A DNA stretch of 37,962 nt from an uncultured virus (IMG/VR IMGVR_UViG_3300013383_000003) (taxonomy: Duplodnaviria; Heunggongvirae; Uroviricota; Caudoviricetes; Crassvirales): the IMG/VR virus record IMGVR_UViG_3300013383_000003; one strand, 5' to 3'. Numbering within the stretch: position 1 is the stretch's first letter; every line of letters begins with the position of its first letter. The notes below the pieces were generated by a model. The model ran no database searches, was not told the DNA's origin, and saw only the letters and a program-made list of their open reading frames with translations. The position numbers and the translations under genes were made by a program. Below, in pieces: positions 23,722-34,204 of the stretch.

Positions 23722-26115
23722 ATGAGTGAAATTGTTCAATTTCCACCTCAGCAACTTCCTATGAGTGAGAAGACTAAGACTTGGAGAAAGCAGATTCTTG
23801 ATTGGGGTTCAAGCAGAGCTACAATAGATAGTTCCTTAGTTAGGAAGAGTGTTATACACAAGAGAATAAATTATGATTTGCTAAATGGTATTATCCATAT
23901 GGATGATATGGTGAATATCATTAATCCTGATGATATACAAGCATCATTTGTTCCTAAGAGAGTACAACACTATCCTATAATAAACTCAAAACTTAATGTC
24001 CTTAGAGGAGAGGAAACTAACAGAATCTTTGATTATAAAGTAGTTATAACCAATCCTAATGCAGTCTCAGAGATTGAGGATAATAAAAAACAAGCTTTAC
24101 TCCAAGACTTGCAGCAAGCTGTTGCTGATGTCTCTCAATCAGAGGAAGACTTTAAAATGAGGATTGAGAAATTAAGTGATTACTATATGTATGATTGGCA
24201 GGACATGAGGGAGGTGAGAGCCAATGCTCTGTTAAATCATTATGTCAAAGAGTATAATATGCCTCTTATTTTTAATAAAGGATTTGTAGATGCTTTAGCA
24301 GTTGCAGAAGAGATATATCAATGTGATATTATAGGAGGAGAGCCTGTAATAGAAAAACTAAATCCTAATAAGGTAAGAGTTTATAAATCAGGTTATTCTA
24401 ATAGAATAGAAGATGCTGATGTTGTAGTGATAGAAGATTATTGGAGTCCTTCTAAGATTATTGATACTTATTATGATGTTCTTACTAAGAAAGACATTGA
24501 TTATATAGAAACTCTCCCAGGAAGTTCTAGTGATGATTTTGGATATTCAGACCCTAGAGATGAATTTATTAGGGTAGATAACCTATCTACAGGAGATGCT
24601 ATATTTAAAGATGAAGTGTTTTGGTCTCCTGAGGGTGCTTTTGGAGGTGTAAGTAACTCTATGATGCCTTATGATATGGAAGGCAATGTAAGAGTTTTGA
24701 GAATGTACTGGAAGTCTAGAAGAAAAATCAAGAAGATAAAATACTATGATGAAAAAGGTGAAGAGCAATTTAAGTTTAGAGATGAAAAGTATGTTACTAA
24801 TGAAGCTTTAGGAGAAGAGGAACAAGTATTATATATTAATGAAGCTTGGGAAGGTACTAAGATAGGAAATGATATTTATGTTAATATGAGACCTAGAGTA
24901 GTACAATATAATAGATTATCTAATCCTTCAAGATGCCATTTTGGTATAGTAGGTTCTATATATAATCTTAATGATGATAAGCCGTTCTCTCTTGTAGACA
25001 TGCTTAAGCCTTTTAACTATTTATATGATGCTATACATGATAGGCTTAATAAACTCTTATCTAAGAATTGGGGTAAGATAATAAATTTGGATTTAGCAAA
25101 AGTTCCTTCTGGTTGGGATATTGAGAAGTGGCTATATTTTGCTAAAACAAATAATATAGCTGTTCTTGACAGCTTTAAAGAAGGAAATATAGGTGCTGCT
25201 ACAGGTAAACTTGCTGGAGCTCTTAATAATGCCTCTAATGGTGTTATAGATGCAGAGTTTGGTAATTCCATACAGCAATATATTAATATACTTGAATTTA
25301 TAAAGATGGAGATGTCTGATGTTGCAGGTATCTCAAAACAAAGAGAAGGTCAGATTTCTAATAGAGAGACTGTAGGAGGAGTAGAAAGAGCTACTTTACA
25401 GTCTTCACATATTACAGAATGGTTATTTGCTGTCCATGCTGATGTTAAAAGAAGAGCCTTAGAGTGTTTCTTGGAAACTACTAAAATAGCTCTTAAAGGT
25501 AGAAATAAGAAATTTCAATATCTTTTATCTGATGGCTCTATGAGAATTATGGATATTGATGGAGATGAATTTGCTGAAGCTGATTATGGTCTAGTAGTAG
25601 AGGATGGTAATGGAATACAAGAGCTAAAACAAAAGATGGATTTATTGGCTCAAGCAGCATTACAGAATCAAACATTAAATTTCTCAACTATTATGAAGTT
25701 ATATAATAGTAGTTCTATGGCTGAGAAGCAGAAGATTGTAGAAAGAAATGAGAAGGAGTTACAGCAAAGACAACAAGAAGCACAGCAGCAACAAAACCAG
25801 TTGCAACAGCAGCAAATAGAGGCTGAAGCTCAGTCTAAAGAAAAGGAGATGCAGCTAAAAGATTTGTTAAATCAAAGAGATAATGAAACAAAGATTCTTA
25901 TAGCTACTATGCAGCAGCAAGATAAGGAAGGTGATGGTATAATAGAGCAACCTTTCTCAGAGGAAGCTAAAGCTAATCTACAGGAAAAGATGAGAGAGTT
26001 TGATGAAAAACTTAAGCTTGACAAAGATAAATTAGCTCTTGATAAACAAAAAGCTGGTAATGACTATTCTATAAAGAAACAACAATTAAAACATAAGACA
26101 ACTAATGAAAAATAA
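23722..26115 (+). CDS. Portal protein
   Basis: About 797 aa after terL; HYPIINSKLNVLRGEE, WEGTKIG, GISKQREG and a Q-rich coiled-coil C-terminus. Start moved to ATG 23722. Confidence 0.88.
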   Translation: MSEIVQFPPQQLPMSEKTKTWRKQILDWGSSRATIDSSLVRKSVIHKRINYDLLNGIIHMDDMVNIINPDDIQASFVPKRVQHYPIINSKLNVLRGEETNRIFDYKVVITNPNAVSEIEDNKKQALLQDLQQAVADVSQSEEDFKMRIEKLSDYYMYDWQDMREVRANALLNHYVKEYNMPLIFNKGFVDALAVAEEIYQCDIIGGEPVIEKLNPNKVRVYKSGYSNRIEDADVVVIEDYWSPSKIIDTYYDVLTKKDIDYIETLPGSSSDDFGYSDPRDEFIRVDNLSTGDAIFKDEVFWSPEGAFGGVSNSMMPYDMEGNVRVLRMYWKSRRKIKKIKYYDEKGEEQFKFRDEKYVTNEALGEEEQVLYINEAWEGTKIGNDIYVNMRPRVVQYNRLSNPSRCHFGIVGSIYNLNDDKPFSLVDMLKPFNYLYDAIHDRLNKLLSKNWGKIINLDLAKVPSGWDIEKWLYFAKTNNIAVLDSFKEGNIGAATGKLAGALNNASNGVIDAEFGNSIQQYINILEFIKMEMSDVAGISKQREGQISNRETVGGVERATLQSSHITEWLFAVHADVKRRALECFLETTKIALKGRNKKFQYLLSDGSMRIMDIDGDEFAEADYGLVVEDGNGIQELKQKMDLLAQAALQNQTLNFSTIMKLYNSSSMAEKQKIVERNEKELQQRQQEAQQQQNQLQQQQIEAEAQSKEKEMQLKDLLNQRDNETKILIATMQQQDKEGDGIIEQPFSEEAKANLQEKMREFDEKLKLDKDKLALDKQKAGNDYSIKKQQLKHKTTNEK

Positions 26116-27076
26116 AAATATAGTACAATCTTCTGTAGAACCGAATAAAGAGAATTTATGGTTTAATAAAGGAGATATAAAATATTATGGCAGTAAAGGA
26201 TGGAAGTCTATCACTGATACTGTAGAGAGTGAGTCTCTTGAAGGTAAAGTAGCCACTTTAGAAAATTCAGTAAAAACAAATACTGCTTCTATAAAGGCTA
26301 ATACTGATGCTCTTGCTACTAAAGTAGATAAAGATGGTTATATAGCTTATACTCAAGATGAGAAAACAAAACTTGCAGGACTTAAAAATTATACTTTACC
26401 TGTAGCTTCAGCTTCTGCACTTGGAGGTATTAAAATAGGCACAGGTCTTACTATAAAAGATGGTATAGTTAGTGCTACGGGGACTTCAAGTTTAGCTTGG
26501 ACAGCTATTACAGATAAACCTACATTTGCTACAGTAGCTACTTCAGGAAGTTATAATGACCTTGATGATAAACCTACTATACCTGCTGCTCAAGTACAGT
26601 CTGATTGGAATGCTACTACAGGATTAGGGGTTATTAAAAATAAGCCTACTAATCTTGTAACTACTACAGCTCTTACTACAGCCTTAGCTAAAAAAGTGGA
26701 TGCAGTAGAAGGCAAAGGCCTTTCTACTAATGATTATACTGCTGCTGAAAAAACTAAACTTTCAGGTATAGCTACAGGAGCTACAAAAAATACTACAATG
26801 ACTGCTGCTACTGCAAGTGCTGCAGGTACAGGAGGATTAGTTCCTGCTCCTGCTGCTGGTAAGCAATCTTCTTATTTAAGAGGTGATGGTACTTGGGCAG
26901 TTCCTACAGATACTAAATATACTCTTCCTGCTGCTAGTGCTGCAGCTTTAGGAGGTGTAAAAGCAGGAGCTGCTATTGCTGATGTGGCTGCTGATGCTGA
27001 ACTTACAGCAGTAGTTACTGCATTTAATACATTATTGGCTAATTTAAGAACAGCAGGTATTATTTTAAAAGCTTAA
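26105..27076 (+). CDS. Head fibre-like protein
   Basis: A/T-rich; two YTLPxAS..ALGG.K repeats, QVQSDWN, GKGLSTNDYT; C-terminal FNTLLANLRTAGII. Confidence 0.7.
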   Translation: MKNKNIVQSSVEPNKENLWFNKGDIKYYGSKGWKSITDTVESESLEGKVATLENSVKTNTASIKANTDALATKVDKDGYIAYTQDEKTKLAGLKNYTLPVASASALGGIKIGTGLTIKDGIVSATGTSSLAWTAITDKPTFATVATSGSYNDLDDKPTIPAAQVQSDWNATTGLGVIKNKPTNLVTTTALTTALAKKVDAVEGKGLSTNDYTAAEKTKLSGIATGATKNTTMTAATASAAGTGGLVPAPAAGKQSSYLRGDGTWAVPTDTKYTLPAASAAALGGVKAGAAIADVAADAELTAVVTAFNTLLANLRTAGIILKA

Positions 27077-27082
27077 TATAAT

Positions 27083-27541
27083 ATGAAGAAGATAGGAAAT
27101 ATTACAGTAGTAGAAGGTAATCCTAATGAGGTACAAGATGAGATACTTCTACAGAAAAATCATAAAACAGGTAAGGTAATTTTATTAAAAAGAAATGCAA
27201 AAGGCAATATGGTATCTATAATGGATTATAGTAACATTACTGCTAATCCTAATATAGAGCTTTCTGCATTATCTTCTACAGACCCCTTAGGTAATGCTTT
27301 AATTTATATAAGTAATGCTGTAGGAGAAAACATTGCAGTAACTCATTTATTGCTCAGTGCATTATCTACAGTAATGCTGTATCTTCCTTATAAGAGTGAT
27401 TCTGTAAATAAAGGGAGTAATAAGATTAATGTTGCTGGGTGGAAAGATGAGACAGGCTTTGTAATTTATTATAATTCTTCTGTCATTAAAGTGGTTAATG
27501 GAGAAGGAGATACTGTTACTATCACTAAAACAACATTTTAG
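27083..27541 (+). CDS. Hypothetical structural protein
   Basis: Lies in the fibre operon. Confidence 0.55.
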   Translation: MKKIGNITVVEGNPNEVQDEILLQKNHKTGKVILLKRNAKGNMVSIMDYSNITANPNIELSALSSTDPLGNALIYISNAVGENIAVTHLLLSALSTVMLYLPYKSDSVNKGSNKINVAGWKDETGFVIYYNSSVIKVVNGEGDTVTITKTTF

Positions 27542-27543
27542 AC

Positions 27544-29943
27544 ATGTTTTTTACACAAGAGGATATACAAAAAATAAGTAAGGGCTTGGCAGAGTTGAGT
27601 ATAAAAGATACTCAACTTCCAGGCACTGAAGAAGTACTAGAGCAGGATTGTCTTGCTATAGTACAGGATGGTAAAAATAAAAAGGTTTCTGTAAGAGATT
27701 TTCTTAACAATCTTGGTGTATTGAAGAAAAGTGATTTTATAAATATTTCAGCTCTTACAGACAATACTTATAATAATATAGATGAAGTAGTACATGAAGT
27801 TCCTGTTAATTGCAGAAAGCCAGGACTTTGTGTTACTTTCCAAGATACTGATTATAATTGGAAGATATATCAGTTTAGGGGGGAAGCTAATCAATGGGAT
27901 GTACTTACTTTTTGGGTAGATATACTTGATTATTCTTCTTATGTAGTTAATGGTATTCTTCCAGATGAAGAAGATTTAACGGTTTCTGGTAAAGATGAAA
28001 AAGATAATCTCTTATTGTCTTTAAAGGATAGAAAACCTTCAGAAGATTTTGTAGGTAAAGGTTATAAGATTCTTAGAAGAAATATAGTAAAGAAGCAAGT
28101 AACAAAGACAGGCATATTAATAAATAAAGCCGCTACTACTACTGGTACTGTTGGTATTACTATTAGTGGCATTACTACTATGATTACCTTGACTACTTCA
28201 GATAATACTGTAGAAGCTGTAGCAAAGACTATCTATGATGCTCTTATAGATAATGAGAAGATGTCAGGATTTTATATTACTTATGAAAGTAATACTGTCT
28301 TTGTAGAAAATAAATTCACTCTTAATCCTTCTATATCTACAGTAGGAAAAACTTCTTCAGGAGCAGAGATTTATGTTAATGATGAAGATATTGAAGTAGA
28401 TAAGAATATTCTTACACAAGCTGCTATAAATCAACCTAATACTATCTATGAGATTAGGTATGATTTTGATTTATATGGAGCAGAGATAGTAATACCAGAA
28501 GATTGTGTATTAAAGTTTGAAGGTGGTAGTTTTAAGAATGGTAAAATCATCTATAATAATACTTATGTAGAGAATATAGTATCTTCTGAAATAAATTGTA
28601 GTGTTTCTGGGGCACTAAGTAATAATATCCTTAAACCTGAATATTATGGGGCGAGGGGGGATGGTAAAAAAGATGATACTAAAGCACTACAATGTTGTAT
28701 TCAAAGTAATAAAGTTGTATATCTAGAGGGTATATATTATATCACTAACAGTATTAACATTGAAAATATTAATAATCTTTCTATTATTAATGGAACAATT
28801 ACTCGTCCTATAGATACTAAATTTACTACGTTTTTAGGGAGCAACTCTTACAGAATATTTTTTAAAAATATTATTTTTGAGGGTAATGGTAATAATAGAA
28901 ATATGACTTATGCAGAGAGTCCCTGGAAAGACAATGTTCAAGGATGTATTATTTTAGCAGGATATTGTAGAAACATTTATGTAGATAAATGTGTAATTAG
29001 GAATCATAATTATGGAATTTATATATTAGGTACAGATAAAAATGAGAAGTCCTTTGCAGGGAACTATGATAATATTGCTTATAATGGTACTATTACAAAT
29101 TGTATTTTTAATAATTGTAATTCCGCTATAGATACATATGGAAAAAGTATTTTAATACAGCATAATACATTTTTAAATGATACAGAATATTGTGTTCAGA
29201 TTGAGCCTAATAGTGTAACTACTCAAGATTCTCTTATAGATGACCCAAATTTTTATCAATCTGCTATGGGAGTAAATATAGACAATAATACTTTTATAAG
29301 CTGTGTAGGAGCTTGTATTATACATAGCAATGCTACTCATGTAAAGTTTACTAATAATAATATTACAGATTTTGACTTTGGGATAAGAGCAAATAAATCA
29401 AGTATTTTACAATATATAGCAGGAAATTCTTTTTCTAATCAAAGAAAACCAGAAATAACTAAAGACAAACGTCCTTGGCATTATGACGCTACTATACTGG
29501 TGTCTAGAGCTGTTGTACAAAATAATATGCTATTTGATGTATATTTAGGTATATATTTATCAGGGGCTAGAGTAAAAATTGCAAATAACCAAATAAATAA
29601 GTGCTATATAGCAGCCATTTGTACTACTTCTAACCCACCTGATTCTATATATGAAAATATTATTAAGAGTAATACAATCACACGATTTAGTAAAAATTCT
29701 GAAGCTTGGTGGGCGTGCTCTCCAATTGTTATAAACAAAGCTTCATACACAATTATAGAAGATAATTTTTTGGAGTTTGATAGTACTTATGGCATTTATA
29801 GTATAGACTCTAATAATATAGTGATTAAAAATATTCAGAGTAATAAAGAGATAGATGTGTCTAATATAATGTTTTCAAATTACTACTCTACTGATAATAC
29901 AACTAAAACAGAAGATACTCATCCTTATTGTATAATACTCTAA
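27544..29943 (+). CDS. Tail spike with pectate-lyase-like beta-helix (putative capsule depolymerase)
   Basis: NTIYEIRYDFDL...VLKFEGGS linker, YGARGDGKKDDTKALQ, then N/I-rich beta-helix repeats. Confidence 0.75.
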   Translation: MFFTQEDIQKISKGLAELSIKDTQLPGTEEVLEQDCLAIVQDGKNKKVSVRDFLNNLGVLKKSDFINISALTDNTYNNIDEVVHEVPVNCRKPGLCVTFQDTDYNWKIYQFRGEANQWDVLTFWVDILDYSSYVVNGILPDEEDLTVSGKDEKDNLLLSLKDRKPSEDFVGKGYKILRRNIVKKQVTKTGILINKAATTTGTVGITISGITTMITLTTSDNTVEAVAKTIYDALIDNEKMSGFYITYESNTVFVENKFTLNPSISTVGKTSSGAEIYVNDEDIEVDKNILTQAAINQPNTIYEIRYDFDLYGAEIVIPEDCVLKFEGGSFKNGKIIYNNTYVENIVSSEINCSVSGALSNNILKPEYYGARGDGKKDDTKALQCCIQSNKVVYLEGIYYITNSINIENINNLSIINGTITRPIDTKFTTFLGSNSYRIFFKNIIFEGNGNNRNMTYAESPWKDNVQGCIILAGYCRNIYVDKCVIRNHNYGIYILGTDKNEKSFAGNYDNIAYNGTITNCIFNNCNSAIDTYGKSILIQHNTFLNDTEYCVQIEPNSVTTQDSLIDDPNFYQSAMGVNIDNNTFISCVGACIIHSNATHVKFTNNNITDFDFGIRANKSSILQYIAGNSFSNQRKPEITKDKRPWHYDATILVSRAVVQNNMLFDVYLGIYLSGARVKIANNQINKCYIAAICTTSNPPDSIYENIIKSNTITRFSKNSEAWWACSPIVINKASYTIIEDNFLEFDSTYGIYSIDSNNIVIKNIQSNKEIDVSNIMFSNYYSTDNTTKTEDTHPYCIIL

Positions 29944-29948
29944 AAACT

Positions 29949-30893
29949 ATGGCAAATACACAAGAAATAATGCAATATGCTTGTATAGCACATAATAATA
30001 CAGCGTTAGTAGGTAGTACTAAAACAATACAAGCAGGGGTTAATATAGGAAAATATGGCTTCTATAAGAATGGTAAACAATATAATATAGAACTTGATAG
30101 TAGTGATGAGTTTACTAATACTTACTTTAAGCTATTAGATGATAGTAGTGATGCACAAGCATTCTGTGATGTCTATGCTAAAGTAGATATTCCTTTAGAG
30201 CAAGCTGTAAATAAGCCTTTTAAAATTAAGTTTAGTGATGCAGGTACTGATGTTAATGTAGTAGAACTATACTTATGGAAAAATACTGTAAATCCTGAAT
30301 TATGGTTGCAACCCATTAAACCTACTGTAACTACTGAGGGTAATGAGCTTGCCTACATACAATGTGATACAGTCTCTGCCAATTTATCATTAAGTAATGC
30401 TGAGTATTTCACTTTTAATAAAAGAGGTAGTGCTAATATACAGAATGACAGAAGTGCTATGGTACTTGCAGTACTAAAAGCTTTTGAAGGTAAAAAACCT
30501 TGTACTGTAAGAGCAGCAGACCTTTCGGCTACTACTGGCACTATAACTTATACTTTTGGTTATGAAGCTCCTGAGATAAAGCAAAGAATGACTAAAGCTA
30601 ATATGTGCTATGAGATTACTAAAGAGTGGGATTTAAATGGAGAAACTCTTACAGTACCTACAGGATGTACATTAAACTTTACTCATCTTGGTAAGGTAAA
30701 TAATGGTAAAATAAAATTGCAGGGTACTGCATTAGTACTTCCTGCTAATAATATTGCTAATATAGGCACTGCTACTATAGATAGTACTTCTACTTATGCT
30801 ACAGGGCAGATGCTTTATGATACTACTTTAAAGAAACCTAAGTGGTATAATGGTACTGCTTGGATAACAGCTGATGGTACAGCAATTGAATAA
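29949..30893 (+). CDS. Tail fibre/spike-associated protein
   Basis: Second copy of the YEI...DLNG.TL..P..C.L.F linker; C-terminal YDTTLKKPKWYNGTAW motif. Confidence 0.65.
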   Translation: MANTQEIMQYACIAHNNTALVGSTKTIQAGVNIGKYGFYKNGKQYNIELDSSDEFTNTYFKLLDDSSDAQAFCDVYAKVDIPLEQAVNKPFKIKFSDAGTDVNVVELYLWKNTVNPELWLQPIKPTVTTEGNELAYIQCDTVSANLSLSNAEYFTFNKRGSANIQNDRSAMVLAVLKAFEGKKPCTVRAADLSATTGTITYTFGYEAPEIKQRMTKANMCYEITKEWDLNGETLTVPTGCTLNFTHLGKVNNGKIKLQGTALVLPANNIANIGTATIDSTSTYATGQMLYDTTLKKPKWYNGTAWITADGTAIE

Positions 30894-30904
30894 AACAAAA
30901 TAAT

Positions 30905-31822
30905 ATGTCACAGAAAGTTTATGTACAAGATATTAAAGATAAGAACAATGGCTTAACTCTTAATGAGATTCTTACCTCATACAACATATACTTTCTTACT
31001 TATACAGGGAATACTGCAAGCACACGTTTGCAAGTTCCCTTTAATATAAGAAAAACAGGTTTATGGGTAACTTATGTAGATTATAAGCATAAGATACATA
31101 ATGAGTATTATGTAAGCCAGTGGGTAGATAATGTCAATTGGATTAAGGATTCTAATTGGGTAAATATAGAGTATAATCTTGCAGATGACTTATTTATCAA
31201 TGAGGATGGTTATTGGGTAATTAATGGCCAGGTTACAGGAATTAAAGCTGAGGGTAAAGATGGTATAGATGGTAAATCAGCTTACCAGATAGCAGTAGAA
31301 CAAGGCTATATAGGAACTGAAGAGCAATGGATTCAGAGTTTACATGGAGAAGACGGTAAAACTCCTACTATAGGTATTTCATCTGATAACTACTGGGTAA
31401 TCAATGGTATTAAGACAGATGTTAAAGCTACTATGCAAGATGACCCTATACTTAATACTCTTACTATAGATATAGAAACTATGGGATGTCCTATAATGGA
31501 TTGGGGAGAAGAACTCCCTGTAACTTGCACAGCATGTATTCAGTGTACTCCTGTTTCCTTACTAGAGAAATATAAAGATTATCAATGGCAGTGGAAGATT
31601 ACAAGAAATACAGGAAATGAATTATCTGATACAATATGGAATGAAGGTAGTAAAGCTAAAACATTTAATTCCTGTATAGAGAGTGTTAATAGTATTACTA
31701 TGTCATATACTACAAAGGTTAATGACTTAGGAGTAGCTACTAATAACTTTGGTACTACTTTTACTATTGAAGTAAAAGAACCTATTACTAAAACAACATA
31801 TAGTACAACAATAAATATATAA
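30905..31822 (+). CDS. Tail fibre protein with short collagen-like segment
   Basis: TRLQVP...RKTGLWVTY domain; GKDGIDGKSAYQIAV...EEQWIQSL; two YWVING repeats. Confidence 0.7.
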   Translation: MSQKVYVQDIKDKNNGLTLNEILTSYNIYFLTYTGNTASTRLQVPFNIRKTGLWVTYVDYKHKIHNEYYVSQWVDNVNWIKDSNWVNIEYNLADDLFINEDGYWVINGQVTGIKAEGKDGIDGKSAYQIAVEQGYIGTEEQWIQSLHGEDGKTPTIGISSDNYWVINGIKTDVKATMQDDPILNTLTIDIETMGCPIMDWGEELPVTCTACIQCTPVSLLEKYKDYQWQWKITRNTGNELSDTIWNEGSKAKTFNSCIESVNSITMSYTTKVNDLGVATNNFGTTFTIEVKEPITKTTYSTTINI

Positions 31823-31826
31823 AAAT

Positions 31827-33062
31827 ATGAAGACATTTGGAGCATATCTAAGAAGACAGTTCCAGCCTATGACTTTAGGAGCAAAGCTAGTATGTTATTC
31901 TCCTTATAGTCCACTAACACAGTCTTATGACCCTAAGACTAATCAATATATTCCAGATAGAACAGCTGAAGGATTTAATTTAAAGTTAGTTCCTATTATA
32001 TCGGCAAGTGTATCTGATGGTTCTTTAGATAAACTTATAGGTAATGATTATCTTGATAATCCTGTGTTTTATATGGACACAGAAGATAATATTATAGATG
32101 TTAGTAGCAATTCTAAAGACTATAATCTTGAGAGTGATGCTACTTATAAGTATATATTAAGTATAAACAAGAATTTTTCTACAGGAACTTCTCATAGTAT
32201 ATGGATGTCTGCAGACTTTAGAGACCCTAGAACTAATGAAGTTTTAAAAATAAAGACTGATATTGTAACTATTGTTACATCAGCAATGGCAGCTGATAAT
32301 TACCTCTTTACTTTTGAAGGTTCTAAAAAGATAACCTATGACCCACTAAGTGATACTAAACTAGAAGCAGAATATCTTACAGCTCATGGTACTACAACTG
32401 CAGACCCTAATGATGGTTCTGGATATATGTGTACTTTGAAATATAAGTTAATGAAAGGTACTACAGAAGTAACAGATTATACAGTTAAAGCTTTTAGTAC
32501 TGTTAATGAGAAAACTACAGAGATTACAAATATAGGAAGAGGATTAGTACAAAGCCTTACTAAAAATTCTATAACATTAGATTTAAGGTGTTGTGATTTA
32601 GATTGGATTTCTATAGCAGGCTATATTACTACTAAAGATAGTGCAGGTAAAAATGTAACTTCTGAAGTAGCAAGAGCATCCCTTTGTTCTATAGGTAGGG
32701 TTAGAAAAGCTTATAATATACAAATGCAAAATGAAGAAGATATTTATCCTACTGCTACAAGACATATAGACTGGGCTGTAGTAAATTACAATGGGCAGGT
32801 ATTAAAAGCTCCTGAGAATGTTATAGACATTGTATGGAGAACTAATACAGCTGCTAAAAGTGATGTTGTAGTAGGGTATAATACTTATGTAGACTATCCT
32901 TTAGAGAAAACAGGTGTTGGGTATAATTATGAGGAAGGATGGATAGAACAATATATAGAACATCAACATAAAGAACCTTATGCCTTGGCTACAGTAACAA
33001 ATGCTGACAAGACAGAAGATTATTATACCAATGAAAAGGGAGAATATTTTATAATTAATTAA
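31827..33062 (+). CDS. Putative tail fibre component
   Basis: 411 aa, beta-rich, in the fibre operon. Confidence 0.55.
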   Translation: MKTFGAYLRRQFQPMTLGAKLVCYSPYSPLTQSYDPKTNQYIPDRTAEGFNLKLVPIISASVSDGSLDKLIGNDYLDNPVFYMDTEDNIIDVSSNSKDYNLESDATYKYILSINKNFSTGTSHSIWMSADFRDPRTNEVLKIKTDIVTIVTSAMAADNYLFTFEGSKKITYDPLSDTKLEAEYLTAHGTTTADPNDGSGYMCTLKYKLMKGTTEVTDYTVKAFSTVNEKTTEITNIGRGLVQSLTKNSITLDLRCCDLDWISIAGYITTKDSAGKNVTSEVARASLCSIGRVRKAYNIQMQNEEDIYPTATRHIDWAVVNYNGQVLKAPENVIDIVWRTNTAAKSDVVVGYNTYVDYPLEKTGVGYNYEEGWIEQYIEHQHKEPYALATVTNADKTEDYYTNEKGEYFIIN

Positions 33063-33074
33063 TTTATAATATAA

Positions 33075-34193
33075 ATGGCAGATAATAATGAAAAACAGGC
33101 TATAGGCCATCTTACTATTAAGAGACTTAGAAAAGGCCGTAATATTATATTAGGTTTTGTTACAGATAAAGCTTTGTTTCAAGCTTGGAATCCTGTAACT
33201 AAAAAAGCAGAACCAGAGTTTGGTAATACAGCAGCTACTCAAGGTCCTACAGTAACTCCTACTGTATATACCAGTGATAATGTTACTAATATCACTATTA
33301 GTAGTGAATCTAAATGGTATTATAATTCTTTAGAAAATCCTATAGAATGGAATGACCCTAGTGGTGGTTATAGAGTATCTAAGAATGGTCTATTTAAAGA
33401 GAACACTACTACCCATGCTCTTACCTTTATAGGTAACTTAGCTTCGGCAGATAATAGAGGCACTGATACTTTTTATTTTAGAGCTATGGGAGAAGTAGCA
33501 GGAACAAATTATGAAGCTCTTGGTAGTTTTGAATTTAAAATACAAGAGATTAGTGATTCGGGTTGGGTATTAATGACTAGTGGTGGTAATCTTCTTACTA
33601 AAGATATTTCTACAGTTAACCTTACAGCATATCTCTATTGTAATGGTAAGCCTGTTACAGGAGGTTATATAGAATGGCATACTGTACAGGACTCTGATAG
33701 TTTTATCTCTGCAGGATATACATGTACTGTAGGACAGGATAAAGTTTTTGGCCAAGGCCCTGATTCTGGTGTAAGAGTATTTGCTTGGCCTAATAAAGCT
33801 AGTAAAGATGCAAAAGAAGAAGCTGTAGCCTCTACTTTTCATGCAATTAGTGACCTTACAGATGATTATGATGTAGAAGCTTTTATAATAAGTAATGCTA
33901 CTGAATGGGATGGTAAAAACTCTATATGGGTATCTTCAAGACTTAGGAATGTTAGAACTCAAGCTGTAGTAACTACAGCAGATATAGCTACTTTAACATG
34001 GAATGCTGATATTTATGATAGTAAAAAAGCAGCTCCTGTTATTAAGGATATGCTTCCTACTACCACTAAAATAAATAATGTAACTTATGACCCTGCTTGG
34101 GAATTAGGTACTACACAATGGGCTAAGATAGATGATGGTTGCGATATGACAGTATCTCTTGAAGCTCTTTGGAAAACTAATACAACTACATAA
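33075..34193 (+). CDS. Putative tail fibre component (Ig-like)
   Basis: 372 aa, beta-rich, VNLTAYLY...YIEW pattern. Confidence 0.55.
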   Translation: MADNNEKQAIGHLTIKRLRKGRNIILGFVTDKALFQAWNPVTKKAEPEFGNTAATQGPTVTPTVYTSDNVTNITISSESKWYYNSLENPIEWNDPSGGYRVSKNGLFKENTTTHALTFIGNLASADNRGTDTFYFRAMGEVAGTNYEALGSFEFKIQEISDSGWVLMTSGGNLLTKDISTVNLTAYLYCNGKPVTGGYIEWHTVQDSDSFISAGYTCTVGQDKVFGQGPDSGVRVFAWPNKASKDAKEEAVASTFHAISDLTDDYDVEAFIISNATEWDGKNSIWVSSRLRNVRTQAVVTTADIATLTWNADIYDSKKAAPVIKDMLPTTTKINNVTYDPAWELGTTQWAKIDDGCDMTVSLEALWKTNTTT

Positions 34194-34204
34194 AATATAT
34201 AAAG

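Noticed and set aside
25755..25820. CAG/CAA-rich repeat
   Set aside because: Encodes the ordinary Q-rich coiled coil of the portal C-terminus.
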